A DNA stretch of 64,000 nucleotides from an uncultured beta proteobacterium (lineage in GTDB: Bacteria > Pseudomonadota > Gammaproteobacteria > Burkholderiales > Burkholderiaceae_F). The notes beneath the pieces are model-generated. The model was not told the origin of the DNA. It saw only the letters and a program-made list of their open reading frames with translations, and ran no database searches. The stretch's first letter is position 1, and each line of letters opens with the position of its first letter. Of this stretch, positions 9,822-20,453 are shown one piece after another. The position numbers were made by a program, and so were the translations under genes. The stretch is from the NCBI GenBank assembly GCA_963791315.1, contig CAWBRQ010000003.1, positions 86,339 through 150,338 of the forward strand. Reading direction: 5' to 3'.

Positions 9822-10784
9822 CTATTTGATCTTGATGCCCTTCTCGTTGAAGTACTTGATCGCGCCGGGATGAAACGGAATCGGCGACGCGTCGTTCGTT
9901 TGCAATTTCAAGTCGAAGTTGGTCGCTTCCTTGTGCACCAGGATCAGCTCGTCGCGCTTTTCGAAGATCGTTTTGACGATGTTGTAGGCGACCTGGTCCG
10001 ACATGTCGGCGCGCGCGATGATCAGGTTCTGCACGGTTGCAACCTGGTTGGGCTGGTCCTGTCCCGGATACGCCTTAGCTGGGATCGTGTCGCGGATATA
10101 AAGCGGGCCGTACTTCTTGTTCATGTTGTCGACGACTTCGGCGTGATCGATCAGCTTCAGCTTGGTGCCCGGCGTCGCGCCGAGGTCGGTGACGGCTGCG
10201 GTCGGAATTCCGCCGACCCAGAAGTAAGCGTCGAGCTTCCTGTCCTTGATCGCGTCGGTCGACTTGCCCGGGTCGAGACGCTCGCGCCGGATGTCTTTGT
10301 CCTGATCAAGCCCCGCTGCTTCGAGCACTCGTTGCGCCATCACCTCGGTGGCACTGTTTGCCGCGCCGGTCGACACGCGCTTACCCTTGAGGTCGGCGAG
10401 CTTGTTGATCCCAGAGCCTTCGACGGTCACGATGTGCATCCGGTTCGGGTACGCAATCATTAGCGTCCGCACCGGGATCGCGTTCGGAAACCTGCCCTGT
10501 CCCTTGAAGCCATCCCATGCGGCATCGGCCATCGAAAGCGCGATGTCCGACTTTTTCTGACTCATCAGCTGCAGGTTCGCCACTGAGCCGGCCGTGGTCT
10601 CGGCGTTGGCGGCGTAGCCCGGCACATACTTCGAAAGAATATTCGCGATGCCGCCACCAAGCGGGTAGTACACGCCGGTGGTGGGCCCGGTTGCTACCGA
10701 CAGCGTGACTTTTTCCTGCGCCGGAACGCTGACGGCGAACACAAGTGCCACAGCCGCTAGCAGCGCGCGCGTAGGTGTTTTCAT
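9822..10784 (-). CDS. TAXI-family TRAP transporter solute-binding protein
   Basis: The start is MKTPTRALLAAVALVFAVSVPAQE (signal peptide, GGAGA RBS). TGPTTGVYYPLGGGIANI is the characteristic TAXI motif. It lies adjacent to the TRAP permease. Confidence 0.85.
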   Translation of the reverse strand: MKTPTRALLAAVALVFAVSVPAQEKVTLSVATGPTTGVYYPLGGGIANILSKYVPGYAANAETTAGSVANLQLMSQKKSDIALSMADAAWDGFKGQGRFPNAIPVRTLMIAYPNRMHIVTVEGSGINKLADLKGKRVSTGAANSATEVMAQRVLEAAGLDQDKDIRRERLDPGKSTDAIKDRKLDAYFWVGGIPTAAVTDLGATPGTKLKLIDHAEVVDNMNKKYGPLYIRDTIPAKAYPGQDQPNQVATVQNLIIARADMSDQVAYNIVKTIFEKRDELILVHKEATNFDLKLQTNDASPIPFHPGAIKYFNEKGIKIK

Positions 10785-10880
10785 CGTGTCTCCTGTTGTA
10801 GTCAAATGTGTGCGGATTGTATGCGGCCCGCGCGCCAATGCGACGGCGATTGGCTGAGTATTAACGCGCGGTCGCTACGC

Positions 10881-11933
10881 TTAGCGCCGCTGTCCGGTCG
10901 TTGCATCAAACACGTGCAGCGCCTCCGGCGCAGCAGTCAGGTGAACCACATCGCCCTCGCGAACGGTAGGCACGCCGTCGATGCGCCACTTGATCGGCAC
11001 ATCACCGATAGTGCAATCGACGATCGCACTATCGCCCATGTTTTCGATCAGCTCGACGCGGGCGGGAATGCCGTGCGCTGCGACCCTCAGTGCACCCGGA
11101 CGTATGCCGAGCACGACATCGCCGTCAGGCCCGCAGCCCGCCGGTGCGGTGAACCGAATGCCTGCGACATGCAACTGCTCGGCTTCGAGGCGTGCGCGCA
11201 GTAAGTTCATCGGCGGGCTGCCGATGAATGCCGCGACCGCAGTAGTCGCCGGGCGCGCGAATACTTCGGCCGGTGTACCGACCTGTGCAATCTTGCCTTC
11301 CATGAACACCGCCATGCGATCGGCGATCGTCATCGCTTCTTCCTGATCGTGCGTCACGTACACCGTCGTTACACCCAGCGAACGCTGCAGCTTGCGCAAT
11401 TCGACGCGCGTTTCGAGACGCAGTTTGGCGTCGAGGTTCGACAGCGGCTCATCGAGCAAGAACAGGCGCGGCTTGCGCACGATTGCGCGCGCCAGCGCGC
11501 AGCGCTGCTGCTGCCCCCCAGATAGCTGGCCGGGTCGACGTTCGAGCAGATGATCGATGCGCACCTTGGAGGCCGCGTCGCGGACCGCGCTTGCAATCTC
11601 GGCGTGCGGCATGTTGACCATACGCAACGGAAACGCGATGTTCTCGCCAACCGTCATGTGCGGATACAACGCATAGCTTTGAAACACCATTGCGACGTCG
11701 CGCTCGCCGGGTTCGCGTGTGGTGACATCCTCATCGTCGAGCCACACCTTGCCCGCGGTGGCGGGTTCGAGCCCAGCGAGGATCCGCAGCGTCGTCGTCT
11801 TGCCCGAACCAGACGGCCCGAGCAACGCGAAGAACTCGCCGGGAGCGATGTCAAGGTTTATGCCGTGCAGCACGGTCAGCGCGCCGTGCTGCTTCACTGC
11901 ACCCTCGAGCCGTACGCGACCACTCGTGTTCAC
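10881..11933 (-). CDS. Sugar-type ABC transporter ATP-binding protein (UgpC/MalK-like)
   Basis: It has Walker A GPSGSGKTT, the signature LSGGQQQR and Walker B LFLLDEPLS, plus a C-terminal regulatory/TOBE-like domain. The GTG start at 11933 has an AAGGA RBS just after the stop of the upstream permease. Confidence 0.85.
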   Translation of the reverse strand: MNTSGRVRLEGAVKQHGALTVLHGINLDIAPGEFFALLGPSGSGKTTTLRILAGLEPATAGKVWLDDEDVTTREPGERDVAMVFQSYALYPHMTVGENIAFPLRMVNMPHAEIASAVRDAASKVRIDHLLERRPGQLSGGQQQRCALARAIVRKPRLFLLDEPLSNLDAKLRLETRVELRKLQRSLGVTTVYVTHDQEEAMTIADRMAVFMEGKIAQVGTPAEVFARPATTAVAAFIGSPPMNLLRARLEAEQLHVAGIRFTAPAGCGPDGDVVLGIRPGALRVAAHGIPARVELIENMGDSAIVDCTIGDVPIKWRIDGVPTVREGDVVHLTAAPEALHVFDATTGQRR

Positions 11934-11943
11934 TCGTGTCCTT

Positions 11944-12783
11944 TCATCGGCGGCCGCCTCCCTTGACCGCACCGACCGTCAGCCCCTTCACGATATGGCG
12001 CTGCGCGAGCAGTCCGAGCAAGATCACCGGGGCCATTGCGAGCATCGCGCCCGCGGCGAGCCGCGCCCACTGCGTCTGCTCGACCGAAATGAAGTTGAAC
12101 ATCGCTACTGTCACCGGTCGCACCCGGTTGCCCGCGAGCACCACCGCAAACAGAAACTCGTTCCATGCATTCAGAAACACAAAGATGGTCGTCACTGCGA
12201 TTCCACCCCGTACTTGGGGCAGGATCACGTGCCAAAGTGCGCGCAATCTTCCGGCGCGGTCGAGCAGCGCCGCTTCTTCCATTTCTGGTGGCACGTCTTC
12301 GAAATACGACACCATCAGCCACACCGCAAACGGCAGCGAGAATGTCAAATAGATTCCGATCATGCCGCCATAGGTATCGAGCGCGCCTACCTTCTGCAGG
12401 ATAAGGTAGTACGGAATGATCAGCCCGACCGGCGGCAGCATTTGCGTGGCCAGCACATAGAACCCGCCAGCGCGCTTGGCGGGCAGTGCCAGTCGTGCCA
12501 AGGCATACGCGGCGGGCACCGCGAACAACATCGTCAGCACCGTCGCGCCGCCGGCGACAATCACGCTCGACACTAGATTCGGAAGAATGCTGCTGGCGCC
12601 GAACAGCACCTCACGATAGTTGGAGAGCGTAGGTTCAAAAAACACGAGCGGCGGATACGCCAGCACATCGCGCTCGGTCTTGAACGACGTCAGCAGCGCC
12701 CACAGCACCGGAATCACCCAGACGGACAGCAGCAGCGCCGCAATCAACGTCAATCCGATGGTGTGCCAGCGCCGGCTGCTCAT
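11944..12783 (-). CDS. Carbohydrate ABC transporter permease (MalG/UgpE-like)
   Basis: 279 aa with 6 TM segments and an EAA-like loop (EEAALLDRAGRLRALWHVILP). Confidence 0.85.
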   Translation of the reverse strand: MSSRRWHTIGLTLIAALLLSVWVIPVLWALLTSFKTERDVLAYPPLVFFEPTLSNYREVLFGASSILPNLVSSVIVAGGATVLTMLFAVPAAYALARLALPAKRAGGFYVLATQMLPPVGLIIPYYLILQKVGALDTYGGMIGIYLTFSLPFAVWLMVSYFEDVPPEMEEAALLDRAGRLRALWHVILPQVRGGIAVTTIFVFLNAWNEFLFAVVLAGNRVRPVTVAMFNFISVEQTQWARLAAGAMLAMAPVILLGLLAQRHIVKGLTVGAVKGGGRR

Positions 12784-13668
12784 CGCGCGCGCCGCAGCCG
12801 GAACAGCATGAACGAGATGGTCATCGTCATTGCCAGCAGCACCATCGCCAGCGCTGCGCCATAGCCGAGATTCAATTCGGTAAACGAGGTGCGATACGCG
12901 TACAGATTCAGGATCTCAGTCGCGGTGCCGGGGCCGCCGCCGGTGGCAGCAAAGATCGCGGCGAACGCTGACAACGCTGTCATCAACCGCAGGATGATGA
13001 CGATCACGATCGCGGGGCGTATCAGCGGCAACGTGATGTAGACGAACCGCTTCCACGCACCGGCGCGATCGATGCGCGCGGCCTCGAAGACGTCGGGCGG
13101 CAATGATGCGATGCTGGCAAGAATGACCAGGAATGCAAACGGTGTCCATTGCCACGTATGCATCGCGATTACCGAGATCAGCGCCAGTTGCGGATCGCCC
13201 AGCCAGTTGTGACTGCCTAGACCCGAGTGCGCGTGTCGCGACGTCGACGAGCCCGACATCGGGAGCCAGTACCAGCGTGCGCCAGAACAGTCCAACGACC
13301 ACCGGCGCCAAAACGATCGGCAGTATCGCGGCGACGCGCAGTGCGGCGTGTCCGCGCGGGATCCGCATCACCAGCAGCGCAAGCGCAAGGCCGATCGCGA
13401 CCTGCAGAACTACCGTCGCCGCCGTGTAGATGACCGTCAGTGTCAGCGAACTCCAGAAGCGCGGATCGCTCGCCATCTTGGTGTAGTTGTCGATACCGGC
13501 AAAACCCGAGAGCCAGGGCATCGAAAGATCGACCCGCTGCACGCTGGTCCACGCCAGATACACCAGCGGTGTCGTGGTCGTCAGAATCAGCAGCAGCAGC
13601 GCCGGCAGAAACAGCACCAACGCGAAGCGCCGCTCCTGCTGCGCCAGCGTGCGAACGGAGGCAGCCAT
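12780..13668 (-). pseudogene. Carbohydrate ABC transporter permease (MalF/UgpA-like), frameshifted
   Basis: The N-terminal half is ORF 12916..13668 (good to ..GLVDVATRALG). The C-terminal half is ORF 12780..13295 (WLGDPQLALISVIAMHTWQWTPF..FEAARIDRAGAWKRFVYITLP). The frame change is near 13215-13290. Confidence 0.75.
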
Positions 13669-13730
13669 TGAATGCTAGGAAGGTTCGCAGCGCAGCGCCC
13701 GGCGGCCGATGCGACACCGGGCGCCGTTCA

Positions 13731-15143
13731 TCAGCTCTTTAGTATCTGATCGATGCGTGCCTGTGCGTCGTCGAGTGCTTCTTTCGACTTCTTCTGTCCG
13801 ACCAGCGCGGCCTGAATCGCGGTGGCCATCGTGTCGCCAACCGCGGGCCACTGTGGAATACGCGGACGCCAGTTCACATCGGTGTCTTGCTCGAGTGATG
13901 TAAGCGCTGCCTCAACGAAGTTTGGCCCGATGTCTTTCGTCATTGCGACGAAGTCGGGTGAACGCCACAGCGATGTGCGATTTAGACCCGAACGCTTGGC
14001 TGGGCCGGCAAACTTCCACGAAGTACGCGCCTGCGTTTCTGCTGCGGCCGCCCACTGAATGAAAAGCCATGTTGCACGCTTCTGCTTTTCATCGAGCGCG
14101 GCGTTGATCGGAAAGCCCCAGTTCCATATTGACGTGCAGCGTTTTCCCGTCGGTCCCTGTGGCCAGCGTGCGAACGCCATCTTGCCGATCACCTTCGACT
14201 TCTCCGGATTCATCAGCACCGCGGCAGAAGAATGTGCGTCGATGTACGCACCAAGCGCCCCCTGAGAGAACGCGTCGGCGATATCGGGCCAGTTCCAGTT
14301 GCGCACTGCCGGCGGTGCGTACTTCGACTCGGCGTCGACATACCAGTCGAGTGCACGCACAGCCTCCGGCGAGTTGACGACGATACGATTCCCCTTGAAC
14401 CATTCACCGCCGAATTCCTTGAAGAGCGACGGATAGATGTACATGTTCTGACCGGCGCCGGCGAAACCGCGCAGCGCCATGCCATACACGCGATTGGCTG
14501 GATCGTTGATCGCCGCTGCGTTCTTGATGAACTCGTCAAGTGTGTCGGCAGCCTTCAATCCCTTTGCGTCGTATAAGTCCTTGCGAAAAACCTGCACCGT
14601 GACTTCGCCGTCGTATGGAATGCCGTACGGCTTGCCATCCATCGAATCGGCATCGCGCCACGCCTTGAAGATGTCGTCGTAGCGGAACCAGGCGGCGTCG
14701 GTGAGCTTGGCGTCATTCAAGTACCGATCAAGCGGATCGATCCATTTGTTCGCAACGTACAGCGGGTAATACATCGGATCAGTGGCGGACGTTGCGTACG
14801 TCGCCGTTTTCGATGACAGGTCAAGCATCGCCTTCTGGCGAATCTGTCCGGGAGGGACCTTCTCGAAGCGCACCTTCGCTCCGGTCAATGCTTCGAACTG
14901 TGGCGCGAGTGCGATCAGGTTGTCGAAATAGCTCGCGGGTATGACGGCCACCGTAATCTCCGCGCCTTCGGCCTGTCGCCAGTTGATCTTCGAATTTTGG
15001 TACGGCCCGAGATCGGCCGCCTGAGCGTGCGCGAAGCGCGCCACCCACGGTGCGCCCAGTACAGCAGCTGACAACGCACCGCCGGCAGCGATGGCGCGTC
15101 GCCGAGCCGTTTGCACCGGATATTTGATCGAACGTTTATTCAT
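13731..15143 (-). CDS. ABC transporter extracellular solute-binding protein (family 1, sugar type)
   Basis: 470 aa. It has a twin-arginine-like leader (TARRRAIAAGGALSAAVLG) and is the first gene of the four-gene ABC operon. Confidence 0.85.
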   Translation of the reverse strand: MNKRSIKYPVQTARRRAIAAGGALSAAVLGAPWVARFAHAQAADLGPYQNSKINWRQAEGAEITVAVIPASYFDNLIALAPQFEALTGAKVRFEKVPPGQIRQKAMLDLSSKTATYATSATDPMYYPLYVANKWIDPLDRYLNDAKLTDAAWFRYDDIFKAWRDADSMDGKPYGIPYDGEVTVQVFRKDLYDAKGLKAADTLDEFIKNAAAINDPANRVYGMALRGFAGAGQNMYIYPSLFKEFGGEWFKGNRIVVNSPEAVRALDWYVDAESKYAPPAVRNWNWPDIADAFSQGALGAYIDAHSSAAVLMNPEKSKVIGKMAFARWPQGPTGKRCTSIWNWGFPINAALDEKQKRATWLFIQWAAAAETQARTSWKFAGPAKRSGLNRTSLWRSPDFVAMTKDIGPNFVEAALTSLEQDTDVNWRPRIPQWPAVGDTMATAIQAALVGQKKSKEALDDAQARIDQILKS

Positions 15144-15161
15144 GGTGTCTCCTGTTGCTCG

Positions 15162-16704
15162 TCACTTGCTTAATGCTTCGCGATCGACTGGATCGTGCGG
15201 CTCGTCACGCGCGCTGCGTTCTCGTATCGCGGCAAACGGGCTGCAGCCTGGTGCATCGCCGGCGCCTTCTGCCTGCTGCAGCAGATATTCGGGAAACGAA
15301 CCGCCGGCGTCGGCGCAGCCAAGATCGAACAGGCGCTTGACTACATCCGGATGTTGTTGCGCGAGATTCGGTGCGTCGGGAATTGGGCGTGGTGAGTCGT
15401 GCAAGAAAGCGCCGCGGCCGTTGATTTTTGCGTTGAACCACCAGTGGTCATCGATCACCGTCATTGCGCTGCCCCAGCCGATCGTGACATGGTCGCGGAT
15501 CGCTAGCGCCATCTGCAAAGGCGGTATCCCAGAATGACACGCCGTCGATCGGCGCCGGCGGTGTGATTCCAGCGGCATCGAGCATCGTCGCGGTGATGTC
15601 GTGGTGCTGCACGAAAGCGTTGCAGGCAGTGCCGGCGCCGACCTTTTGCGGGTGGCGCACCAGCAACGGCAGCTCGTAACTCTCGGGATCGGATGGATAG
15701 CCGCGTTTACCGATGTAGCCGCGACGTTCCCACAAGCTGTGGCCATGATCGGACGTCACGATTACCAGCGCCTGATCTAGCACACCGCACGCACGCAGCT
15801 GTGCAATCAAGTGGCCGAACCAGCGATCGCACATCTGAACCAGGCCGGCGTAGTTGGCGCGCGTGCGCGTCACCAGATCTTCCGGCAGCCATGGCATTTC
15901 GGCATACGGGGAGATGACTTGCTCGCGGCCGTCGCCGTTGTCGTAGTGGCGCCGATAGTGTTCGGGCACGAACCATGGCTCGTGCGGATCGAACGATTCG
16001 ACGGTCAGAAACATGCGCTTCGCATCGACGTTCTGCTCGACCCAGCGCGCTGCTTCCTGCATCACCTGCGCGTTGAACCACTGTTCTTCGCGTACGCGCT
16101 CGCGCATGTTCAGCAAGATTCGACTCGAGAACCATGCAGCGCCAAAGCCCGGTTGCTCCAGCCCGGTCGCCTTGCCGCGCAGCTCCTGCAACTCGCGCGG
16201 CACCCAGTAGTCGATCTCCTCCTGCGTCGGCCACGGTCCGCTGCGCGCGGCATCGGCTTCCTGCCCGCGAATGAACGACCATTGATGAAAGCCCCGCCAG
16301 AAGTTTTTCGACGGTTTGAACTGGTGATACAGATCGGAAATCAGTCCGGTGCGAAAGCCGTTGATCTCGCAGATCTCGGCCATCGTGTGCTGGTTCTCCG
16401 GAATCGGACCCCAGCCCGGCGCGATGCCGACAAAGTCACCCTTGATATGACGAAAGTCTCCGTTGTGAAACGGATAGGTGCGCAAGCCCGTGTAAAGCGT
16501 GCGGCGCGCGCAAAGCGTGGGCAGCGCTTCCGGATACGCCCGATCGAAGCGCACCGACTCAGCAGCGAACGCATCGAGATTCGGCGTTTCGATCGAACCC
16601 CATGCGGCCGGCGCTTGATAACAGCCGAGCGCATCGCGCCGCAAGGTGTCGAAGATCACCAGGATGATGTGACGAACTTCTGGTTTGGGTTTGCCTGCCG
16701 CCAT
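15162..16704 (-). pseudogene. Sulfatase-like hydrolase/transferase (alkaline phosphatase superfamily), frameshifted near 15530
   Basis: The start is the ATG at 16704 (MAAGKPKPEVRHIILVIFDTLRRDALGCY; the position of the usual Cys/Ser nucleophile is Thr in DTLR). The C-terminal about 120 codons continue in the frame of ORF 15162..15746 (IRDHVTIGWGSAMTVIDDHWWFNAKINGRGAFLHD...). The upstream 143 codons of ORF 15448..17133 are Arg-rich and not credible. Confidence 0.7.
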
Positions 16705-16820
16705 GTGCCTTGTATCCGACCGCGTCCTAGCTACCGTCGCCGGATTATGCCGGTGCCACGTCGGACTCACCCACAGCGGCAATTGATCGTGAAGATCACG
16801 ATGGAAGCGCAGCTGACTCC

Positions 16821-18185
16821 CTAAACCGGCACAACGTCGAACGCGACCGATAGGCGAGGCTGTTCGCTTTCGAAAGGCTCGACTCCGTGCCACATGTACG
16901 CCGGAAAGAGCACCAATAGGCCGGGTCGTGGCTTGACGAAGTGGTCTGCGTCCAGCAGCGGGAGAGTCTTGACTCCCGGGCGACCAAACCGCAGCCACCC
17001 GGCGTGACCTGAGGGTGTCGTGGAACCTGCGCCTATCGTGGGCGGTAGCGCGATGTAGCAAGCTGACGATAACCATCCGTGCGGGTGCACGTGATCGGCG
17101 TGATGCCCGCCCGAGCGCAGTCGTACGCTCCATGCGCCCGTGAGCGCAGCAGCGCCGCTGTTCCGTGCTCGCAGCGGATCGCTGCCACTGTGAAGCTGTG
17201 CGAGGTAGCGTCGAATCGCGGCATCGATGGCGCCGAACAACATTGCGATCAGCGGGCGCGCCAACTCCGCCGACTGGAGCGTCAACTGACTTCCGCCGCG
17301 CACCGACTGATGCAGCGGATGCGTATGGAAACTGTGCAAGGCTTGCAGCTCCAGCGACAGTTCGCCTAGGAACGAGCCCAGGCTGTCAAAGCCGGCCGGC
17401 GTGTCGAGCTCTTGCTCGGCGACCAGCGATCGATAGTCGTAAAGCGCTGAATAGCGAGAGTCGCCCAACAGTCTCCATGCAGTCGCCCGAAGCGCCAGGG
17501 CGTATTGATTGGTCGGCAAGGCGCTGCACAGCTCAGCGGCTTTCGCCTCCGCATCTGCCGCCCGCCCGACAGCCAACAACGATTCGCACAGATTGATTTG
17601 CGTGCCGGTTTCGCCCGGTGCCAGTTGCATCGCGCGCATCGACAGCGACAGCGCGCGCTCCGCGTCGCCGGTCTCGGTGTACAGATGAGCGGCTTGCCGC
17701 AGCAGCGGTAGATCCTTGGGCATGTGTGCCAATCCGCGCTCGGCAGCGGTCACGGCACCCGTTAAATCGCCCGCGAATTCGAGCACACTCGAGTGCACGA
17801 GGTGCAGAGCCGGGTCCGTCGGAGAGTCGCGCAACGCGCGTGACAGTTTTTTCAGCGCGTCTTCGGTGCGACCGGTGCGCATCCATATCAGTTGTGCGAG
17901 GTCGCGATGCGCATCGGCGTAAGTGGGCCGAAGCGCAATTGCCTTCTTGAACATGCCTTCGGCTTCGTCGAGCTTGCGTAACGACTGCAGAGCGCGCGCC
18001 AGCACCAGGCGAGTTTCGGGTGCGGTAATGCCAAGCTCGATCGCGCGTCGTGCGGCGGCCTCTGCTTCAGCGGAGTGTCCGAGATCGCCCTCGGCCGCTG
18101 CGAGGTTGTGCCACGAGACGCGATCGGTGGGTTGAGCGGCTAGGGCGGCACGCCATCGTGCAACGTCGGCGGCGCGGGTGTTCAT
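16821..18185 (-). CDS. TPR-repeat protein with a C-terminal putative 2OG-Fe(II) oxygenase-like domain
   Basis: The N-terminal about 230 aa are TPR-like (repeated A..A...A.AL.L.P). The C-terminal region has HADHVHPHGWLSSACYIALP ... WHGVEPF, resembling the PF13759/TIGR02466 pattern. Confidence 0.65.
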   Translation of the reverse strand: MNTRAADVARWRAALAAQPTDRVSWHNLAAAEGDLGHSAEAEAAARRAIELGITAPETRLVLARALQSLRKLDEAEGMFKKAIALRPTYADAHRDLAQLIWMRTGRTEDALKKLSRALRDSPTDPALHLVHSSVLEFAGDLTGAVTAAERGLAHMPKDLPLLRQAAHLYTETGDAERALSLSMRAMQLAPGETGTQINLCESLLAVGRAADAEAKAAELCSALPTNQYALALRATAWRLLGDSRYSALYDYRSLVAEQELDTPAGFDSLGSFLGELSLELQALHSFHTHPLHQSVRGGSQLTLQSAELARPLIAMLFGAIDAAIRRYLAQLHSGSDPLRARNSGAAALTGAWSVRLRSGGHHADHVHPHGWLSSACYIALPPTIGAGSTTPSGHAGWLRFGRPGVKTLPLLDADHFVKPRPGLLVLFPAYMWHGVEPFESEQPRLSVAFDVVPV

Positions 18186-18231
18186 TGCGGGTCACCGCTC
18201 TGATCGTGACTTGCTGCGCATCGCTCGACAC

Positions 18232-19222
18232 CTACTGCAGCTCGACGCCTGCCTTCTTCACGAGCTTCGCGTACTTAGCCATCTCATCACGGAAAAACTT
18301 GGCGGCAAATTCCGGCGTGCTGACATTGATCGTGTTGCCCTGCTTGGCCATCGTTTCACGCACTTCCGGGTTCGCAAAGGCCGTGACGAAAGCAGCGTTG
18401 ATTCGCTTGACGTCGGCCGCAGACATCTTGGCCGGCCCGATCACCGCGAACCATCCTTCGACCAGATAACCCGGCATGCCTTGTTCGGTCATCGTCGGGA
18501 TGTCGGGCGCGGCGGCGAGACGCGTCGCAGTGCCGGTGCCGATCGCGCGCAGCGCACCGCTCTTCAAGTGCTGCTGGATCGACGGCAGCGACAGTGTGCC
18601 CATTTCAACCTGCCCGCCGATCAGGTCGGTCAGCATCGGCCCGACGCCCTTGTACGGCACGTGCGTGGCCTTGACACCCGCCTCGTCCATGAACATCTCG
18701 GCCGCCAGATGCAGGATCGTTCCGTTGCCGGATGATCCGTAGTTGTATGCCACCAGGCTTCGCCTTCAGCAGCGCGATCAGCTCCTTGGCATCCTTCGCG
18801 GGCACCTTCGGATTGACGACGAACACGATCGGCGTCGAGCCGATGACCGCGATCGGCGTGATGTCGTTGATCGGATCGAACGGCACCGACTTGTACACGC
18901 TCGGATAGATCACATGATTGTTGGAAACGATGCTCAGCGTGGTGCCGTCCGGTGGCGACTTGATCATCGCCGACGTACCGACGATGCCACCGGCGCCAGG
19001 CTGGTTCTCGACCACAACTGACGCTCCAAGCGCCGTCGACAGCGCCGGCGAGGCAGCGCGCGTAATGGTGTCGACGCCCGACGCAGTGGCGACCGGCAGG
19101 ATGAAACGGACCACCTTGGTTTGGCCCGACGCCATGTTCGACCACAGCGTCGATGCTCCGAGTGCCGATGTCCGATACCAAAGCCGTCATCTAGCGTGCG
19201 GCGCTTCGATGCGTGTGTTCAT
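18232..19222 (-). pseudogene. Bug/TctC-family tripartite tricarboxylate transporter substrate-binding protein; in-frame TGA plus a frameshift
   Basis: My translation of the 5' end is MNTRIEAPHAR-TGA-RLWYRTSALGASTLWSNMASGQTKVVRFILPV. The stop (about 19186-19188) lies in the leader region. The body is ORF 18605..19135 (VVENQPGAGGIVG), and the C-terminus is ORF 18232..18753 (YNYGSSGNGTILHLAAEMF). The frame change is near 18745. Confidence 0.7.
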
Positions 19223-19229
19223 GCGTTTG

Positions 19230-20453
19230 TCATTCCTGTCTCCTTGTTTCAACTACGCAACTGCTGCCTGCGCCAGCAGCGTGTCGATTTTTTCCTTCGA
19301 ATAGCCGATACCTGTCGAGCAGCTCACGCGTGTGTTCGCCCAACTTCGGCGGACTCATCCGCACACCAAGACGCTGGCCTTGCAGCGTGATTGGGAACAG
19401 CGTCGTCTTGACTGTCTGACCCGCACGTTCGCCGTCCGGTAACGAGATGTCAGCGAGGCCACCCGTCGCTTTCAAATGTGGGTCGTCATACAAGTCTTCG
19501 GGCTTGCGAATCGGCGCGAACGGTAGTCCAACTTTTTCGAACAGTGCCGCTAACTCATCGGCGGTGTGAAGCGCGAGGCGATCGTTAATTGTCTTTAGCA
19601 GCGTGGGACGCTGATGCACGCGTTGATTGTTGGTCAGCAACGCCGGGTCAGACTTCAGATCGGAGTAACCGAGCGCGTCACAGAACGTTATCCATTGCGC
19701 ATCGCTGACTGCCGCCAGAAAAATCTGCTCGCCGTTTTTGACGGTGAACACGTCGTAGATCGCCCATGGACTGACGCGCGCCGGCATCGGTGCCGGATGC
19801 TTGCCGGTGACCGCGTACTGCAGCATGTGCTGGCCCATTAGGAACACGTTGTTCTCGAACAGCGCCGATTGCACTTCCATGCCCTTGCCGGTAATGCCGC
19901 GTTGAATCAATGCACCCAAGGTGCCGATCGCGCCGAACATTCCACCCATGATGTCGTTGACACTGGTGCCTGCGCGCAGCGGATCGCCGGGCCGGCCGGT
20001 CATGTACGCGAGGCCGCCCATCATCTGCACGACTTCATCGAGCGCGGTTCGATGCTCATAAGGTCCGGGCAGAAACCCTTTGTGGCCGACATAGATCAAG
20101 CGCGGATTCGTCTTCGACAACGACTCATGGTCGAGCCCGTACTTGTGCATCGTGTTCGGTTTGAAATTCTCGAGCACGACATCAGCGCTGGCAGCGAGCT
20201 CGCGCGCCGTCTGCGCTCCGGCCTTGTTGCGCAAGTCGATCGCAATGCTTTTCTTGTTGCGATTGAACATCGGAAAGAAGCCGGCACCAGCGCCCAGCAG
20301 AAATCGCGTGCGATCGCCGTCGATCGGTTCGACCTTGATCACTTCGGCGCCCATGTCGGCGAGCACCATGCCGCACGTCGGCCCCATCACCATGTGCGTG
20401 AACTCGACGACGCGCAGGCCTTTCAGCGGCTGTGGAGTCGGTTCACTGCTCAT
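19230..20453 (-). CDS. Family III CoA-transferase (CaiB/BaiF-like)
   Basis: The start MSSEPTPQPLKGLRVVEFTHMVMGPTCGMVLADMGAEVIKVEP is the typical N-terminal signature. There is an ATGA overlap with the upstream lyase gene. Confidence 0.85.
   Translation of the reverse strand: MSSEPTPQPLKGLRVVEFTHMVMGPTCGMVLADMGAEVIKVEPIDGDRTRFLLGAGAGFFPMFNRNKKSIAIDLRNKAGAQTARELAASADVVLENFKPNTMHKYGLDHESLSKTNPRLIYVGHKGFLPGPYEHRTALDEVVQMMGGLAYMTGRPGDPLRAGTSVNDIMGGMFGAIGTLGALIQRGITGKGMEVQSALFENNVFLMGQHMLQYAVTGKHPAPMPARVSPWAIYDVFTVKNGEQIFLAAVSDAQWITFCDALGYSDLKSDPALLTNNQRVHQRPTLLKTINDRLALHTADELAALFEKVGLPFAPIRKPEDLYDDPHLKATGGLADISLPDGERAGQTVKTTLFPITLQGQRLGVRMSPPKLGEHTRELLDRYRLFEGKNRHAAGAGSSCVVETRRQE

Noticed and set aside
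15811-16824. A 337-aa plus-strand ORF antisense to the sulfatase-like gene. Similar long antisense ORFs occur at 19869-20750, 11719-12576, 46413-47465, 60595-61461 and 40914-41642.
   Set aside because: All are mirror-strand ORFs kept open by GC3 bias. Each overlaps a gene with strong family motifs, and none has motifs of its own.
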